A DNA stretch of 32,483 nt from Desulfobacteraceae bacterium UBA5852 (GCA_002432195.1 DJGG01000183.1:858-33340), one strand, 5' to 3'. Counted from the first letter of the stretch, positions 11,061 to 21,873 are shown. Numbers and translations are program-made. The notes: generated from the letters alone by a model not told the origin.

Positions 11061-12446
11061 CTAAAAATCGATGGAACCGGGGGTTCGCGGAAATGGAATG
11101 ACATCCCGGATGTTGGAAATTCCCGTCGTGAGCATCAACAGGCGTTCGAATCCCAGACCGAACCCGCTATGCTCCACGCTGGCATAACGACGTGAATCCA
11201 GGTACCACCAATAAGGCTCCGCGCGCATCCCAGTCTCGGCCATGCGCGCCTCCAGAACCTCCAAGCGCTCCTCCCGCTGGCTGCCGCCGACAATTTCGCC
11301 GATTCCCGGGACCAGCACATCCATGGCCGCCACGGTCCGCCCGTCGTCGTTGACCCGCATGTAAAAGGGCTTTATGGCGCGGGGGTAATCGTAGACGATG
11401 ACCGGCGCGTGAAAATGGGTTTCCGTCAGGAAGCGTTCGTGCTCGGTTTGCAGATCTGTGCCCCACTCCACGGGGTATTCGAAGCGCTGCCCCGCCTGCT
11501 TGATGATTTCAATGGCTTGCGTATAGGGCAGGCGGACAAAGTCCGAGGAGGCAATGTTTTCCAGGGTGCCCATAAGCGTCTTGTCGACAAAGCGGGCGAA
11601 AAGCTCGAGGTCTTCGGCGCAGTCCTTCATCACGAAGCGGATGATTTCCTGGATCATGTCCTGGGCCAGAGCCATATTGCCGGCGAGGTCGCAGAAGGCC
11701 ATTTCAGGCTCCACCATCCAGAATTCGGCGGCGTGGCGGCGCGTGTTGGAATTCTCGGCGCGGAACGTCGGTCCAAAGGTGTACACATCCCCCAACGCCA
11801 GTGCAAACATCTCGGCCGACAGCTGGCCTGAGACCGTGAGATAGGCTTCCCTGCCGAAAAAGTCCTGAGAAGTGTCTACCTTACCTTGATTTCTGGGAAC
11901 GTCTTTTAAGTCCAGGGTGGTGATGCGGAACAACTCTCCGGCGCCCTCGCAGTCCGAGGCGGTGATGACGGGTGTGTGGATGTAGCGGAAACCGCGGTCC
12001 CGGAAAAAGCGATGGATGGCGTAGGACAGCTCCGAGCGCAGACGGAAGGCGGCACCGTACTTGTTGGTGCGCGGGCGCAGGTGGGCGATGGTTCGAAGGA
12101 ATTCATCGGTGTGGCGCTTTTTCTGCAAGGGGAAGGTGTCCGGCGCCAGGCTGACGAGGACCAACTGGCTGGCCTTGACCTCCCAGCGTTGGCCGCCCCC
12201 CTGGGAGGGAACCAGGTCGCCGCGTACGGCCACGGCCGAGCCGGTGGTGATCCGGCGGATGTCCTCGGCATAATTGGGCAGCGTCTCCGCGGCGATGACC
12301 TGGATGTTCTTGAGGCAGGAGCCGTCGTTGAGTTCAATGAACGAAAAGGTCTTGGAATCCCGGCGGGTGCGCACCCACCCCTTGATGAGAAGGTCGGCCA
12401 GGGGTTCTTCCCGTTGCAGGAGATGGGCGATCTTGGTCCGTTGCAT
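11061..12446 (-). CDS. asnS: asparagine--tRNA ligase
   Basis: GWVRTRR OB-fold, HLRPRTN, DCEGAGE, YLTVSGQL, FRAENSNT.RHAAEFWMVEPE, GGSQREE and GFGLGFER. Confidence 0.97.
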   Translation of the reverse strand: MQRTKIAHLLQREEPLADLLIKGWVRTRRDSKTFSFIELNDGSCLKNIQVIAAETLPNYAEDIRRITTGSAVAVRGDLVPSQGGGQRWEVKASQLVLVSLAPDTFPLQKKRHTDEFLRTIAHLRPRTNKYGAAFRLRSELSYAIHRFFRDRGFRYIHTPVITASDCEGAGELFRITTLDLKDVPRNQGKVDTSQDFFGREAYLTVSGQLSAEMFALALGDVYTFGPTFRAENSNTRRHAAEFWMVEPEMAFCDLAGNMALAQDMIQEIIRFVMKDCAEDLELFARFVDKTLMGTLENIASSDFVRLPYTQAIEIIKQAGQRFEYPVEWGTDLQTEHERFLTETHFHAPVIVYDYPRAIKPFYMRVNDDGRTVAAMDVLVPGIGEIVGGSQREERLEVLEARMAETGMRAEPYWWYLDSRRYASVEHSGFGLGFERLLMLTTGISNIRDVIPFPRTPGSIDF

Positions 12447-12528
12447 GGAGGCAGTCCTTTCGCTTCGGCCCGGTTCCCGAAACGCCGTTGGCTTTTCGGA
12501 CCGGGTACGGGTATGATCCCCGGGGTGT

Positions 12529-13932
12529 TCAGGAATCGTAGAGCGTCACGGTCAAGTAGTAGCGTTGCTGACCCCGCTGCAGGAGCAGCAGCACGGTGGG
12601 TCGGTCGCGGTATTTGACGATCGCCCGGCGGAAGGCATCCTGATCGGTCACCGCCAAATCCTCCACCTGGCGGATGACGTCACCGGGACGCACGCCGGTG
12701 CGTTCCAGGCTCGATCCCTTGCGCACCTGGGTGATGACCACACCGGATTCGGCCTGCAGGCGTTCCCGGGGAAAGCGGTGGCGGTGATCCCCGAGGTCGC
12801 CCACCTCGATACCCAGAAGGTTCAGGGTCAGATCGTCGGCCCGCTCCATGGGGAATCGCGCGCTTAGGAGGGTGACCCGCCGTTCGCGGCCTTCCGTGAC
12901 CAGGCGGATTTCAAGCGGGTCCCCAATGGAAACGTCCCGCATGCGGGCATGATAATCTTCCACGGAGGCCACCGGGCGGCCGGCAATGGCCACGACCACG
13001 TCCCCTTCGCGAAAACCGGCGCGCGAAGCCGGGCTGTCGGGCTCTACACGCGCCACGAGGACGCCCTTGGCCTGGGAAACGCTGAAATAGCGTGCCAGGC
13101 TCGGGTCCAGGTCCTGGACGGCCAAGCCAATCCAGGGTTGGATCACCTCGCCGTAGGCGATCAGATCGCTGACGATGCGCTTGGCCCGCTGGATGGGAAT
13201 GGCAAAACCAATGCCCTGGGCGCCGGCATAGATGGCGGTGTTGATGCCGATCAATTCACCGTCGGCATTGATCAAGGGCCCCCCGGAGTTGCCAGGGTTA
13301 ATGGAGGCGTCGGTCTGGATGAAATCGTAATAGGTTCGGTTGTCAGCCCGGAAGCTTCGGTTCACCGCGCTGATGACCCCGGTGGTCACGGTACTGGAAA
13401 ACCCGAAGGGGTTGCCGATGGCGATGACCGTCTCGCCGATCATCAAATCGTCGCTGTTGCCCATGGGAATGCCGGGAAGCGGGTCGCTGGACTCGATTTC
13501 AAGGACGGCGAGATCCGATTCCGGGTCCGTTCCGACGATCCGGGCCTGGTACGCGCGCTCGTCATTGAGCACAACGGTCACGCTGCCGGTCTTGGCCACC
13601 ACGTGGGCATTGGTCAGAACATATCCGTGACCGCCCTCCAGAATAACCCCCGACCCCAGGCTGTTGCGCTTGAAACGCCGCTCAACGCCGGGGTCGAAGA
13701 AGTCCTTGAAAAACTCCTCGAACAACGGATTGTTGAATTCGGAGAAGGGGTTGATTCGTTTGCGAATTTCATATTCCAGGCTTATGTTGACCACGGCCGG
13801 GCCGACCTGGCGGACAGCCCTGACGACCGCATTTTCCCGGTTTCCGGCCCATGCGGGGCTGGCCAGCAGGATGAGGGCCAGAGCAAAATCGGCCCATGGT
13901 TTGCTATTGATCCGGAAGCAAAACTTTGCCAT
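12529..13932 (-). CDS. DegP/DegQ (Do) family periplasmic serine protease with two PDZ domains
   Basis: Signal peptide (ALALILLASPAWA), LGSGVI, TNAHVV, SDLAVL, QTDASINPGNSGGPL and two PDZ-like repeats. Confidence 0.93.
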   Translation of the reverse strand: MAKFCFRINSKPWADFALALILLASPAWAGNRENAVVRAVRQVGPAVVNISLEYEIRKRINPFSEFNNPLFEEFFKDFFDPGVERRFKRNSLGSGVILEGGHGYVLTNAHVVAKTGSVTVVLNDERAYQARIVGTDPESDLAVLEIESSDPLPGIPMGNSDDLMIGETVIAIGNPFGFSSTVTTGVISAVNRSFRADNRTYYDFIQTDASINPGNSGGPLINADGELIGINTAIYAGAQGIGFAIPIQRAKRIVSDLIAYGEVIQPWIGLAVQDLDPSLARYFSVSQAKGVLVARVEPDSPASRAGFREGDVVVAIAGRPVASVEDYHARMRDVSIGDPLEIRLVTEGRERRVTLLSARFPMERADDLTLNLLGIEVGDLGDHRHRFPRERLQAESGVVITQVRKGSSLERTGVRPGDVIRQVEDLAVTDQDAFRRAIVKYRDRPTVLLLLQRGQQRYYLTVTLYDS

Positions 13933-14092
13933 GTGAGGCTCCGCGGGCCAATTGACCCCAGCCCGGCTTCGATCAAGGCCGGGTGCGGGCCGGCGTGCGC
14001 GCCAAATTGGAGCGCCCGGCCGGAGGGACCGCGGTCGGGCGGAGGGGCGGGTCTGGAGAACTCCACGTCTGCCGAACGGAATTTGACATAAC

Positions 14093-16651
14093 ATGAGCCT
14101 TAACCACATTCAAGATATCCTGCCCCTGGTGGATGGACCCAGCCGTTACCTCGGCAACGAAGTCAACGCCGTGCGCAAAGATCTCGACGCCATGGACCTC
14201 ACCGTGGCCCTGGCCTTTCCCGATCTTTACGAAATCGGCACCTCTCATTTCGGCATGCAGATCCTTTACGACATCCTCAACCGAGAGCCCGATATCGCCG
14301 CCGAAAGGGTCTTTGCCCCGGCGGTGGACATGGAAGCGTATCTGCGGCGGGCTGGAATCCCGCTCCTCAGCCTCGAATCGCATCGCCCCATCGGGCAATT
14401 CGACCTGGTGGGCTTCAGCCTCCTCTACGAGCTCAATTACACCAACATTCTGACCATGTTAGAACTGGCCGGCATTCCTATTTACAGCCGCCAGCGCGTG
14501 GCCTCCCATCCCCTAATTGTCGCCGGAGGGCCTTGCACCTGCAACCCCGAGCCCGTGGCCGATTTTTTCGATGCCATGGTGGTGGGGGATGGCGAAGAAG
14601 TGCTTCCGGCCATGGCGCGGCGCTGGATCGACTGGAAACGGGAAGGCTCCGGCCGTCGCAGCGAGCTGTTGCGGGAATGGTCGCGGATTGGCGGAGTGTA
14701 TATCCCCGGGTTTTTCACTCCGGAGCCCGACCCCGCCGGCGGGATGCACCTGGTTCCACGGTATAAGGATTACACCCGTGTTCAACGTGCCGTGGTTGCC
14801 GATCTGAATGCCGCGCCGTTTCCGGAGGGGCCGGTGGTCCCGTATGGCCGGCCGGTGCACGACCGCCTGCGCCTGGAGATCGCCCGCGGATGCACGCGGG
14901 GCTGCCGGTTCTGCCAAGCCGGCATGATCTATCGACCGGTGCGGGAAAGATCTCCCGAGGCGTTGATCGAGATGTGCCAGCGCAGTCTGGCGCGTACGGG
15001 CTACGGCGATGTATCCTTGTTGTCCCTGAGCACCGGCGACTACCGCTGCATCGGCCCGCTCATGGAGGAGATGATGGGCCGGCTGGCCTGTGAACACGTG
15101 GCGGTTTCCCTGCCCTCCCTACGGGCCGGAACACTTACGCCGGCCATGATGGAACTGATCAAGTCCGTTCGCAAGACCGGCTTCACCATCGCTCCCGAAG
15201 CCGGCAGCCAGCGACTGCGGGATGTCGTCAACAAAAACATTTCCCGGGAAGACATCCGCGACACCGTCAGGGATGCGTTCGCCAGCGGTTGGCAGGTGAT
15301 CAAGCTCTATTTCATGATTGGGCTGCCTACCGAAACCCAGGCGGACCTGGATGCGCTGCTCGATCTCGTGGGAGAGCTACGGCGCTTGCGTCACGGAGGC
15401 CGTAGGCCCGGCCAAATCAACGTCAGTGTCGCCACCTTCATACCCAAGGCGCACACGCCGTTTCAGTGGGCGGGCCAGCTGCCCATGGAGGAATCCCGTC
15501 GGCGGATCGTCTGGCTGCAGGAGCACCTGCGGCAGGCCGGCGTGCAGCTCAAGTGGCAGAATCCCGAAGTCAGCCTCCTGGAAGGGCTGTGGGCCCGAGG
15601 CGACCGTCGGCTGGCTCCCTTGCTGGTGGAGGCTCACGCCCGGGGCTGTCGCTTTGACGGTTGGAGCGACCAATTCCGCTTCGATCTGTGGCAGGCCAGC
15701 ATGGAATCTCACGGGATCGATGTCCACGCCGTGGTTCATCGGCAACGGGCGCTGGACGAGGCGCTGCCCTGGGACCACATCGACATGCGGGTATCGCCCG
15801 AATTCCTGAGGCAGGAATGGCGCAAGGCCCACAAGGGCGAGGCGACCCCGGATTGTCGCGATGGAGATTGTCAGGCCTGCGGGGTATGTGATTTTGTCCA
15901 CGTGCAGCCTCGGGTATGCGCTCCGGAGGGCATCCATTGGTCTTCGGGCCCTAAACCTGCGCCTCCTTTGGCGAGCGAACAAAGGGGATTGCGCCTGCAG
16001 TATTCCAAGACAGGACCGGCGCGTTTCCTGGGCCACCTGGAAATGGCCAACGTGTTTCAACGCGCCCTTCAACGGGCCGGTGTGCCCGTGGCCTATTCCG
16101 AGGGCTTCCATCCCAAACCCCGCCTGGCTTTTGAGGATGCCCTGCCCGTGGGGATGGAGAGCCTCGCCGAAGCGTTCACCATCGTGCTGCGCGAAGGCTT
16201 CAGCCCCCAGGGACTGGTTCGGGGCCTGAATGTCGAGCTACCGGAGGGCCTGCGGGTGGAAGGCTGTGAAACCCCTGTGCCCCCGAAGAGCAGGGAATTG
16301 CGGCAAACCGTTTACCGCGTGCAGGGCAGCGCCGCTTTCTGGGACCCGGAGCGGCTCGCCCGGTTTGCGGCGGCCGAGCGTTTCATGCTCGAATCCACGG
16401 ATAAAAAGGGGCGCCCGCGGCACACCGATCTCCGGCGCCTGGTGGCGGAATGCCGGCCAGTCGGGCCGGATACCCTCGAAATGATCATCCTGGAGGACGA
16501 TGGCGGCCGGAAAATACGGCCGGGCGATATTCTGCGGCGCGTTTTGGCCATGGACGCCGAATCCCTGGCCCGGGTGCGTGTGATCAAGGTCCGCGTGGCG
16601 CCGCAGGGCGGGGAGGGCGCCGGGCCGGAGGAACGTCTCTCGACCAATTGA
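14093..16651 (+). CDS. TIGR03960-like radical SAM protein fused to C-terminal TIGR03936/DUF2344-like domain
   Basis: FPDLYEIGTSH, RGCTRGCRFC (CxxxCxxC), APEAGSQRLR, KLYFMIGLP, LPWDHI, CRDGDCQACGVC, then YSKTG..RFLGHLE..YSEGFHPKP. Confidence 0.9.
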   Translation: MSLNHIQDILPLVDGPSRYLGNEVNAVRKDLDAMDLTVALAFPDLYEIGTSHFGMQILYDILNREPDIAAERVFAPAVDMEAYLRRAGIPLLSLESHRPIGQFDLVGFSLLYELNYTNILTMLELAGIPIYSRQRVASHPLIVAGGPCTCNPEPVADFFDAMVVGDGEEVLPAMARRWIDWKREGSGRRSELLREWSRIGGVYIPGFFTPEPDPAGGMHLVPRYKDYTRVQRAVVADLNAAPFPEGPVVPYGRPVHDRLRLEIARGCTRGCRFCQAGMIYRPVRERSPEALIEMCQRSLARTGYGDVSLLSLSTGDYRCIGPLMEEMMGRLACEHVAVSLPSLRAGTLTPAMMELIKSVRKTGFTIAPEAGSQRLRDVVNKNISREDIRDTVRDAFASGWQVIKLYFMIGLPTETQADLDALLDLVGELRRLRHGGRRPGQINVSVATFIPKAHTPFQWAGQLPMEESRRRIVWLQEHLRQAGVQLKWQNPEVSLLEGLWARGDRRLAPLLVEAHARGCRFDGWSDQFRFDLWQASMESHGIDVHAVVHRQRALDEALPWDHIDMRVSPEFLRQEWRKAHKGEATPDCRDGDCQACGVCDFVHVQPRVCAPEGIHWSSGPKPAPPLASEQRGLRLQYSKTGPARFLGHLEMANVFQRALQRAGVPVAYSEGFHPKPRLAFEDALPVGMESLAEAFTIVLREGFSPQGLVRGLNVELPEGLRVEGCETPVPPKSRELRQTVYRVQGSAAFWDPERLARFAAAERFMLESTDKKGRPRHTDLRRLVAECRPVGPDTLEMIILEDDGGRKIRPGDILRRVLAMDAESLARVRVIKVRVAPQGGEGAGPEERLSTN

Positions 16652-16795
16652 CGGGAACGCATCGCCAACAATGTCTTTTACGACGCGTTCGAGGCTCCAT
16701 GTTCAGCCCTCATGGCGAACGGGGAGCACCTGGCATGAATGGGCCGCAACTGGCCCTGGTATTCATCCACCATGGGAGGCAGCCAGGACGAGGTC

Positions 16796-18325
16796 ATGCA
16801 CAAAGAATTGATCATCAATGTGGTTGAGGGCGAAACCCGGGTGGCGTTGCTGGAGGACGGCAACCTGACGGAGCTTTTCATCGAAAGGGGAAAGGATGCC
16901 GACATAACGGGCAATATTTACAAGGGCCGCGTGCAACGCGTACTGCCGGGAATACAAGCGGCCTTCATCGACATCGGCCTCAAACAGGCGGCCTTCATCT
17001 ATGTGGATGACGTGTTGACGGCCGGTGATACCGACTGCCGGGTAAACCTTCTGGTGGATGAGGAAAACGATCGGGATGCCGGCGATGCCGACGCGGACGA
17101 ACACCCCTCCGGCGGCGGCTGTCCCATCGAGGAGCTGCTAAAGGAAGGCCAGGAGATCATGGTGCATGTGGCCAAGGCACCCATCGGCACCAAGGGTCCG
17201 CGTGTTACGGCCTATGTCTCGCTCCCGGGGCGCTTTCTGGTTTTGATGCCTTTTGCCAATCATATCGGAATTTCCAGGCGCATCGAAGACGAGGGCGAAC
17301 GCATGCGCCTGCGGGAGGTGGTCAATCGCCTGCGCTCGAATTCCCTCGGATACATCGTGCGGACCGCCGCCGAGGGGCTGGAAGAGATTCCCTTGGCCAA
17401 CGAGATGCAATTTCTGGAGAATCTTTGGGAAAATATTCAAAAGAAATTCGCGCCGGCGCCGGTTCCCAGCCTGGTTCACCAGGAGTTGTCGCTGTGCCTG
17501 CGGGCGGTACGGGATTTGTTGATCCACGAGGTGGACCGCCTGGTCATCGACTCCTCCAGGGAACATCAGAGCATCCTGGCCTTCCTGGACTCCTTCATGC
17601 CATCGCTGAAAAGCCGTGTCAGCCACTACGACGGGCAGGAGCCCATCTTTGACGCCTACAATCTGGAGGCCGACGTTTCGCGTGCGCTCAAGCGCAAGGT
17701 GTGGCTGAAATCGGGTGGCTATATCGTCATCGAGCAGACCGAAGCCCTGGTGGCCATTGATGTCAATACCGGCCGCTATGTCGGCAAGCATAACCTGGAA
17801 GAGACCATTCTCAAGACCAATCTGGAGGCCGTCAAGGAAATTGCCTACCAGATCCGGTTGCGCGATCTGGGGGGTCTCATCATCATCGACTTCATTGACA
17901 TGCAGAAAAAGTCCAACCAGGAAAAGGTGTACAATGCGCTGACCGAGGCCCTCAGGAAGGATCGCAGCAAAACGCACGTGTTGCCGATCTCCGACATGGG
18001 CCTGGTCCAAATGACCCGTAAGCGCAGCCGCAAGCCGCTCACCCGGACGCTTTGCGAACCATGCTTCTATTGCGACGGCGAAGGATACCTCATCTCCCGT
18101 CAATCCGTGTGCTACAGCATCTACCGTGAAATTCTAAGGGATCACCAGGAGCTGGCGGGCCAGCGCATCGATATTAAGGTCAATCCCGAGGTCGCCGAAC
18201 GCTTGCACGGCGAGGAAAGCCATCTGGTCAACGCTCTGGAGCGGACGGTGGGCAAGCGTATCGTCATTTACCCTGAACACCGGTTTCACTTGGAACAGTT
18301 TGAAATTGTGAACGTCATGGCCTGA
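16796..18325 (+). CDS. rng: ribonuclease G (Rne/Rng family)
   Basis: ETRVALLE, GNIYKGRV..VLPGIQAAF, IDVNTG, IRLRDLGGLIIIDFIDM and CFYCDGEG. Length of ~509 aa with no RNase E C-terminal tail. Confidence 0.93.
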   Translation: MHKELIINVVEGETRVALLEDGNLTELFIERGKDADITGNIYKGRVQRVLPGIQAAFIDIGLKQAAFIYVDDVLTAGDTDCRVNLLVDEENDRDAGDADADEHPSGGGCPIEELLKEGQEIMVHVAKAPIGTKGPRVTAYVSLPGRFLVLMPFANHIGISRRIEDEGERMRLREVVNRLRSNSLGYIVRTAAEGLEEIPLANEMQFLENLWENIQKKFAPAPVPSLVHQELSLCLRAVRDLLIHEVDRLVIDSSREHQSILAFLDSFMPSLKSRVSHYDGQEPIFDAYNLEADVSRALKRKVWLKSGGYIVIEQTEALVAIDVNTGRYVGKHNLEETILKTNLEAVKEIAYQIRLRDLGGLIIIDFIDMQKKSNQEKVYNALTEALRKDRSKTHVLPISDMGLVQMTRKRSRKPLTRTLCEPCFYCDGEGYLISRQSVCYSIYREILRDHQELAGQRIDIKVNPEVAERLHGEESHLVNALERTVGKRIVIYPEHRFHLEQFEIVNVMA

Positions 18326-18429
18326 TCCGCCCCCCCCCGGGGAGGTGGTGTAACCGGGGCCAGGTACTGGAAGATTCTTGACAATCAGGAAATTACATGT
18401 TTTATGTGGCGGGTTGAAGCAGGATCCAT

Positions 18430-18458
18430 CAGCCGGAATTCTCCGGCTGGTTTTATTT
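18430..18458 (+). terminator. putative intrinsic terminator between rng and rpmH
   Basis: CAGCCGGA-attc-TCCGGCTG perfect 8-bp stem followed by GTTTTATTT. Confidence 0.55.
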
Positions 18459-18513
18459 GACGTTGTGCCGCATTTGGGTACAACCCATCGGCTCGGGTGA
18501 AAGGACATACACC

Positions 18514-18648
18514 ATGAAAAGGACATATCAGCCCAGCAAACTGCGGCGGGCGCGCACCCATGGATTTTTAAAGCGGATGGCCACCCGCGCGGGGCGTCAG
18601 GTGATTAACCGTCGGCGCGCCCGAGGGCGCAAGCGGTTGGCGCTGTAA
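18514..18648 (+). CDS. rpmH: 50S ribosomal protein L34
   Basis: [44 protein letters not shown]; AAGGA RBS. Confidence 0.98.
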   Translation: MKRTYQPSKLRRARTHGFLKRMATRAGRQVINRRRARGRKRLAL

Positions 18649-18689
18649 GGGAAGCGCCCGACAGCTCCGGCGATGGTTCAGGACCCGGA

Positions 18690-19097
18690 ATGAAAAACGC
18701 GCCATGCATGGGCGCCCTTCCGGCGGCGCCGCGCGGCGGAAGGCGCTTCAGGAAAAGCGAACGCCTGCGCCGGCGAGGCGAATTCTTGGAGCTGGGACGC
18801 CGCGGGCAGAGAATTCACTGCCGCTTCTTTACGGTGGTTTTTGCCTCGGGTCGATTCCCCCAGAGCCGCATGGGGCTAACCGTCAGCCGACGCGTCGGGG
18901 GGGCTGTCAGGCGTAACCGCGTCAAACGGGTTTGTCGGGAATTTTTTCGGCAGCACCGCGAGCGGTTGGTGGCGCCCATGGACATCAACCTGATCGCCAA
19001 ACCCGCCGCTGCGCGCATGACCACATCGGAAGCGTTTAATTGCCTCATCCAAATTTTCGAGCGCCTGGGAACTTTCCATGACGGCGCGGCCAGCTGA
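18690..19097 (+). CDS. rnpA: ribonuclease P protein component
   Basis: [30 protein letters not shown] (RNR motif); position after rpmH. Exact start uncertain. Confidence 0.93.
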   Translation: MKNAPCMGALPAAPRGGRRFRKSERLRRRGEFLELGRRGQRIHCRFFTVVFASGRFPQSRMGLTVSRRVGGAVRRNRVKRVCREFFRQHRERLVAPMDINLIAKPAAARMTTSEAFNCLIQIFERLGTFHDGAAS

Positions 19098-19302
19098 AAT
19101 GCTGATCACCGGCGCCATCCGCCTGTACCAGGTCACTATCTCGCCTCTGCTTGGCCCGCGATGCCGCTTTTTCCCCAGCTGCTCGGTTTACACCATCGAA
19201 GCCGTTCACAAGCACGGCGCCTTGAAAGGCCTGTGGTTGGGGCTGGTCCGGATCGCCAAATGCCATCCATTTCATCCGGGTGGCGTGGACCCTGTGCCTT
19301 GA
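19078..19302 (+). CDS. yidD: membrane protein insertion efficiency factor
   Basis: [34 protein letters not shown]. Confidence 0.95.
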   Translation: MTARPAEMLITGAIRLYQVTISPLLGPRCRFFPSCSVYTIEAVHKHGALKGLWLGLVRIAKCHPFHPGGVDPVP

Positions 19303-19403
19303 GCCGGGTGCAGCGGGGCAGCCCTGACGGCGCTCAACACCTGCCAACCGAACGCTAGCGGCCCCGAGTGCCGGGATGACATTGCTTTTGGAGAAATAGC
19401 TTT

Positions 19404-21068
19404 ATGGAACAGGGACGGATCCTACTGGCCATCGTGTTATCGTTCGGCGTTTTTTTACTATGGGATCTGTTTCTCGTGGACCGAGAACCCACTCCCGGTC
19501 CCGCAACAGAAACGGCCATCCGTTCACAAGAAAGCGCACCCCTACCGGAGGTTCCCCCTGGCGCGCCACAAGCCGGTGCCCCTGCCGGTGCGGCCGGGCG
19601 GCCGTTGCCCCCCGCCCTCGGCAACCACGCTGCGCGCGTGATTACGGTGGATACCCCTGTTTACACGATCAAAATCAACGAAAAGGGCGCCGCCGTTGAA
19701 AGCCTGGTGCTCAAGGATTTCCGCGAAAAGCCCGCGCCGGGTTCCGCATTCAAGGAGATCATCGCTCCCCAAGTTAAGGGAAAGGCGCTGTTGCTGAGCA
19801 TGGAGGGCGACAGCCTTGGACAGTTGAAGGATGCGGTGTTTCGCGCCGATGCCGCCGACGATCACCTGCAGGTCTCCGGCACACCGCAGGAACTGATTTT
19901 CCGCTGGGTATCGACGGAAGGGGTCGAAGTCCACAAGCGCTTTCGGTTTCATCCCGACAGTTACCTCATCGACCTCGGGGTGGACATCATCAACGGGAGC
20001 CCCGTGGAGTTCGAGGGGCGCCTGGCCATCGGTTTGCGCAAACACCAGGACCCCAAGTCAAAGGAGTACGGGTTCGTCGGCCCCGCCGCGCTGATTGATA
20101 GCCGCCTGGAGCAGATCGATTTCAAGAAGGTCAAGGATTCACCGGTCTATGAGGGTACGCTGCAATGGATGGGGATGGTGGATCGGTACTTCCTGGGGGT
20201 CGTGATGCCCGAACCGCCCACTGCTGGACAAATCAAGCTTGAAATGGTGGACGAGCAGACCATCGAGTCCCGTCTGGTGTTGGGGACGGAGCGCTTGGCC
20301 CCCGGCCAGACCAAACACATCGGGTACGCGATTTTTTTAGGCCCCAAGCAATTGAGTTTGCTAAAGAAAATCGGCAGGGGGCTGGATGAAGCCGTCAACT
20401 TCGGGTGGTTTGATTTTCTGGCCAAGCCGTTCCTGTGGATCATGAACCATATTTACGGCGTAATTCCCAACTATGGAGTGGCCATCATCCTGCTCACTGT
20501 CATGACCAAAATCCTGCTTTGGCCCTTGGGAAGTAAAAGCTACAAGTCCATGAGCGAGATGAAGCGTATCCAGCCGCTCATGGCTGAAATCCGAGAGAAG
20601 TACAAGAAAGACAAGCAAAAGATGAACGCTGAGATGATGAATCTCTACCGTACCTACAAAATCAATCCCATGGGCGGCTGTCTGCCCATGGTCGTGCAGA
20701 TCCCCGTGTTTTTCGCCCTTTACCGCATGCTGTACGAGGCTATCGAACTGCGCCACGCCCCCTTTGTGGGCTGGATCAACGACCTGTCTGCCCCCGATCG
20801 GCTCCTGGATTTCCCTTTCAGCATCCCACTGATGGAGCCTCCCTATGGTATCCCCGTGTTGACCATCGTTATGGGGGCCACCATGTTTCTGCAGCAAAAA
20901 ATGTCACCTGCGCCAGGAGACCCGGCCCAAGCCAAGATGATGATGTTCATGCCCTTGATTTTCACCGTCATTTTCATCAATTTTTCCTCCGGGCTGGTGC
21001 TCTATTGGCTGGTTAACAACGTTCTCAGTATCGCGCAACAGTATTATATCCAGAAAAAGTACGCCTGA
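19404..21068 (+). CDS. yidC: membrane protein insertase
   Basis: N-terminal TM, periplasmic domain, FGWF, NYGVAII, INPMGGCLP, WINDLSAPD and GLVLYW. Confidence 0.97.
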   Translation: MEQGRILLAIVLSFGVFLLWDLFLVDREPTPGPATETAIRSQESAPLPEVPPGAPQAGAPAGAAGRPLPPALGNHAARVITVDTPVYTIKINEKGAAVESLVLKDFREKPAPGSAFKEIIAPQVKGKALLLSMEGDSLGQLKDAVFRADAADDHLQVSGTPQELIFRWVSTEGVEVHKRFRFHPDSYLIDLGVDIINGSPVEFEGRLAIGLRKHQDPKSKEYGFVGPAALIDSRLEQIDFKKVKDSPVYEGTLQWMGMVDRYFLGVVMPEPPTAGQIKLEMVDEQTIESRLVLGTERLAPGQTKHIGYAIFLGPKQLSLLKKIGRGLDEAVNFGWFDFLAKPFLWIMNHIYGVIPNYGVAIILLTVMTKILLWPLGSKSYKSMSEMKRIQPLMAEIREKYKKDKQKMNAEMMNLYRTYKINPMGGCLPMVVQIPVFFALYRMLYEAIELRHAPFVGWINDLSAPDRLLDFPFSIPLMEPPYGIPVLTIVMGATMFLQQKMSPAPGDPAQAKMMMFMPLIFTVIFINFSSGLVLYWLVNNVLSIAQQYYIQKKYA

Positions 21069-21085
21069 CGCTGGAGGACCATTCA

Positions 21086-21835
21086 ATGGCGGAGGACTTG
21101 GAATTCAGGGCCCCAAACGTTCAAACGGCCCTCGAGAAAGCCTGCCGGGAGCTGAAGGTCAAGCCCGGAGAACTGAGGCACGCCGTCGTTTCGAACGGAT
21201 CCCGAGGCTTCTTCGGTCTGGTGGGGGCGCGGCAAGCCGTGATTCGCGTGCAACCGCCGGAAGCTGCCCCGGAGGGGGCGGCCGCGGGCGTGGGAACCCG
21301 ATGTCTCCGGGAGCAGAAGCGCAGCGGGCGCCTGGGCGCGGTACCGGCGTCGGCTGAGCCCCCGACCGAGGCGGCCGTGAAAGCCGGTCAGTCTGTTTTG
21401 CGACGGATTCTCGATGCCATTTCTCCCGAAGCCCACCTTGAGGTTCAGCCAATGGACGACGGCGTCAAGTTTTGCGTAACGGGGGGTGAAAGCGGAATTT
21501 TGATCGGCAAGCAGGGGCAAACACTGGAAGCCATGCAGGCGATCGTGGAAAGAGCGGTTAACCGCGGAAACGATCAAAGGGTTTTCGTGCTGGTGGATGT
21601 TGAGGGTTATCTGGAGGCCAAGCGCGCCGGGCTGATTCATGACGCCGAGCGCCTGGCGCTGCGGGTTCGGCAGCAAGGACATGCCTTGTCCCTTGGATAC
21701 CTCAACTCCCAGGAGCGACGTACGGTGCATTTGGCCCTGCGGGGGCATGCGGGATTACGGACCCAGAGCGTTGGGGAGGGGCCGCTGCGAAAGTTGTTGA
21801 TTTTGCCCGGTGCACACCAGGACAACCCGGCCTGA
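21086..21835 (+). CDS. jag: RNA-binding protein Jag/KhpB (Jag_N, KH, R3H)
   Basis: RGFFGLVG, LIGKQGQTLEAMQ, DVEGY, ERRTVHLAL and SVGEG; position after yidC. Confidence 0.92.
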   Translation: MAEDLEFRAPNVQTALEKACRELKVKPGELRHAVVSNGSRGFFGLVGARQAVIRVQPPEAAPEGAAAGVGTRCLREQKRSGRLGAVPASAEPPTEAAVKAGQSVLRRILDAISPEAHLEVQPMDDGVKFCVTGGESGILIGKQGQTLEAMQAIVERAVNRGNDQRVFVLVDVEGYLEAKRAGLIHDAERLALRVRQQGHALSLGYLNSQERRTVHLALRGHAGLRTQSVGEGPLRKLLILPGAHQDNPA

Positions 21836-21873
21836 GGGATCATTTCGGGAGTTCGCCCCGCTTCCGGAGGACC

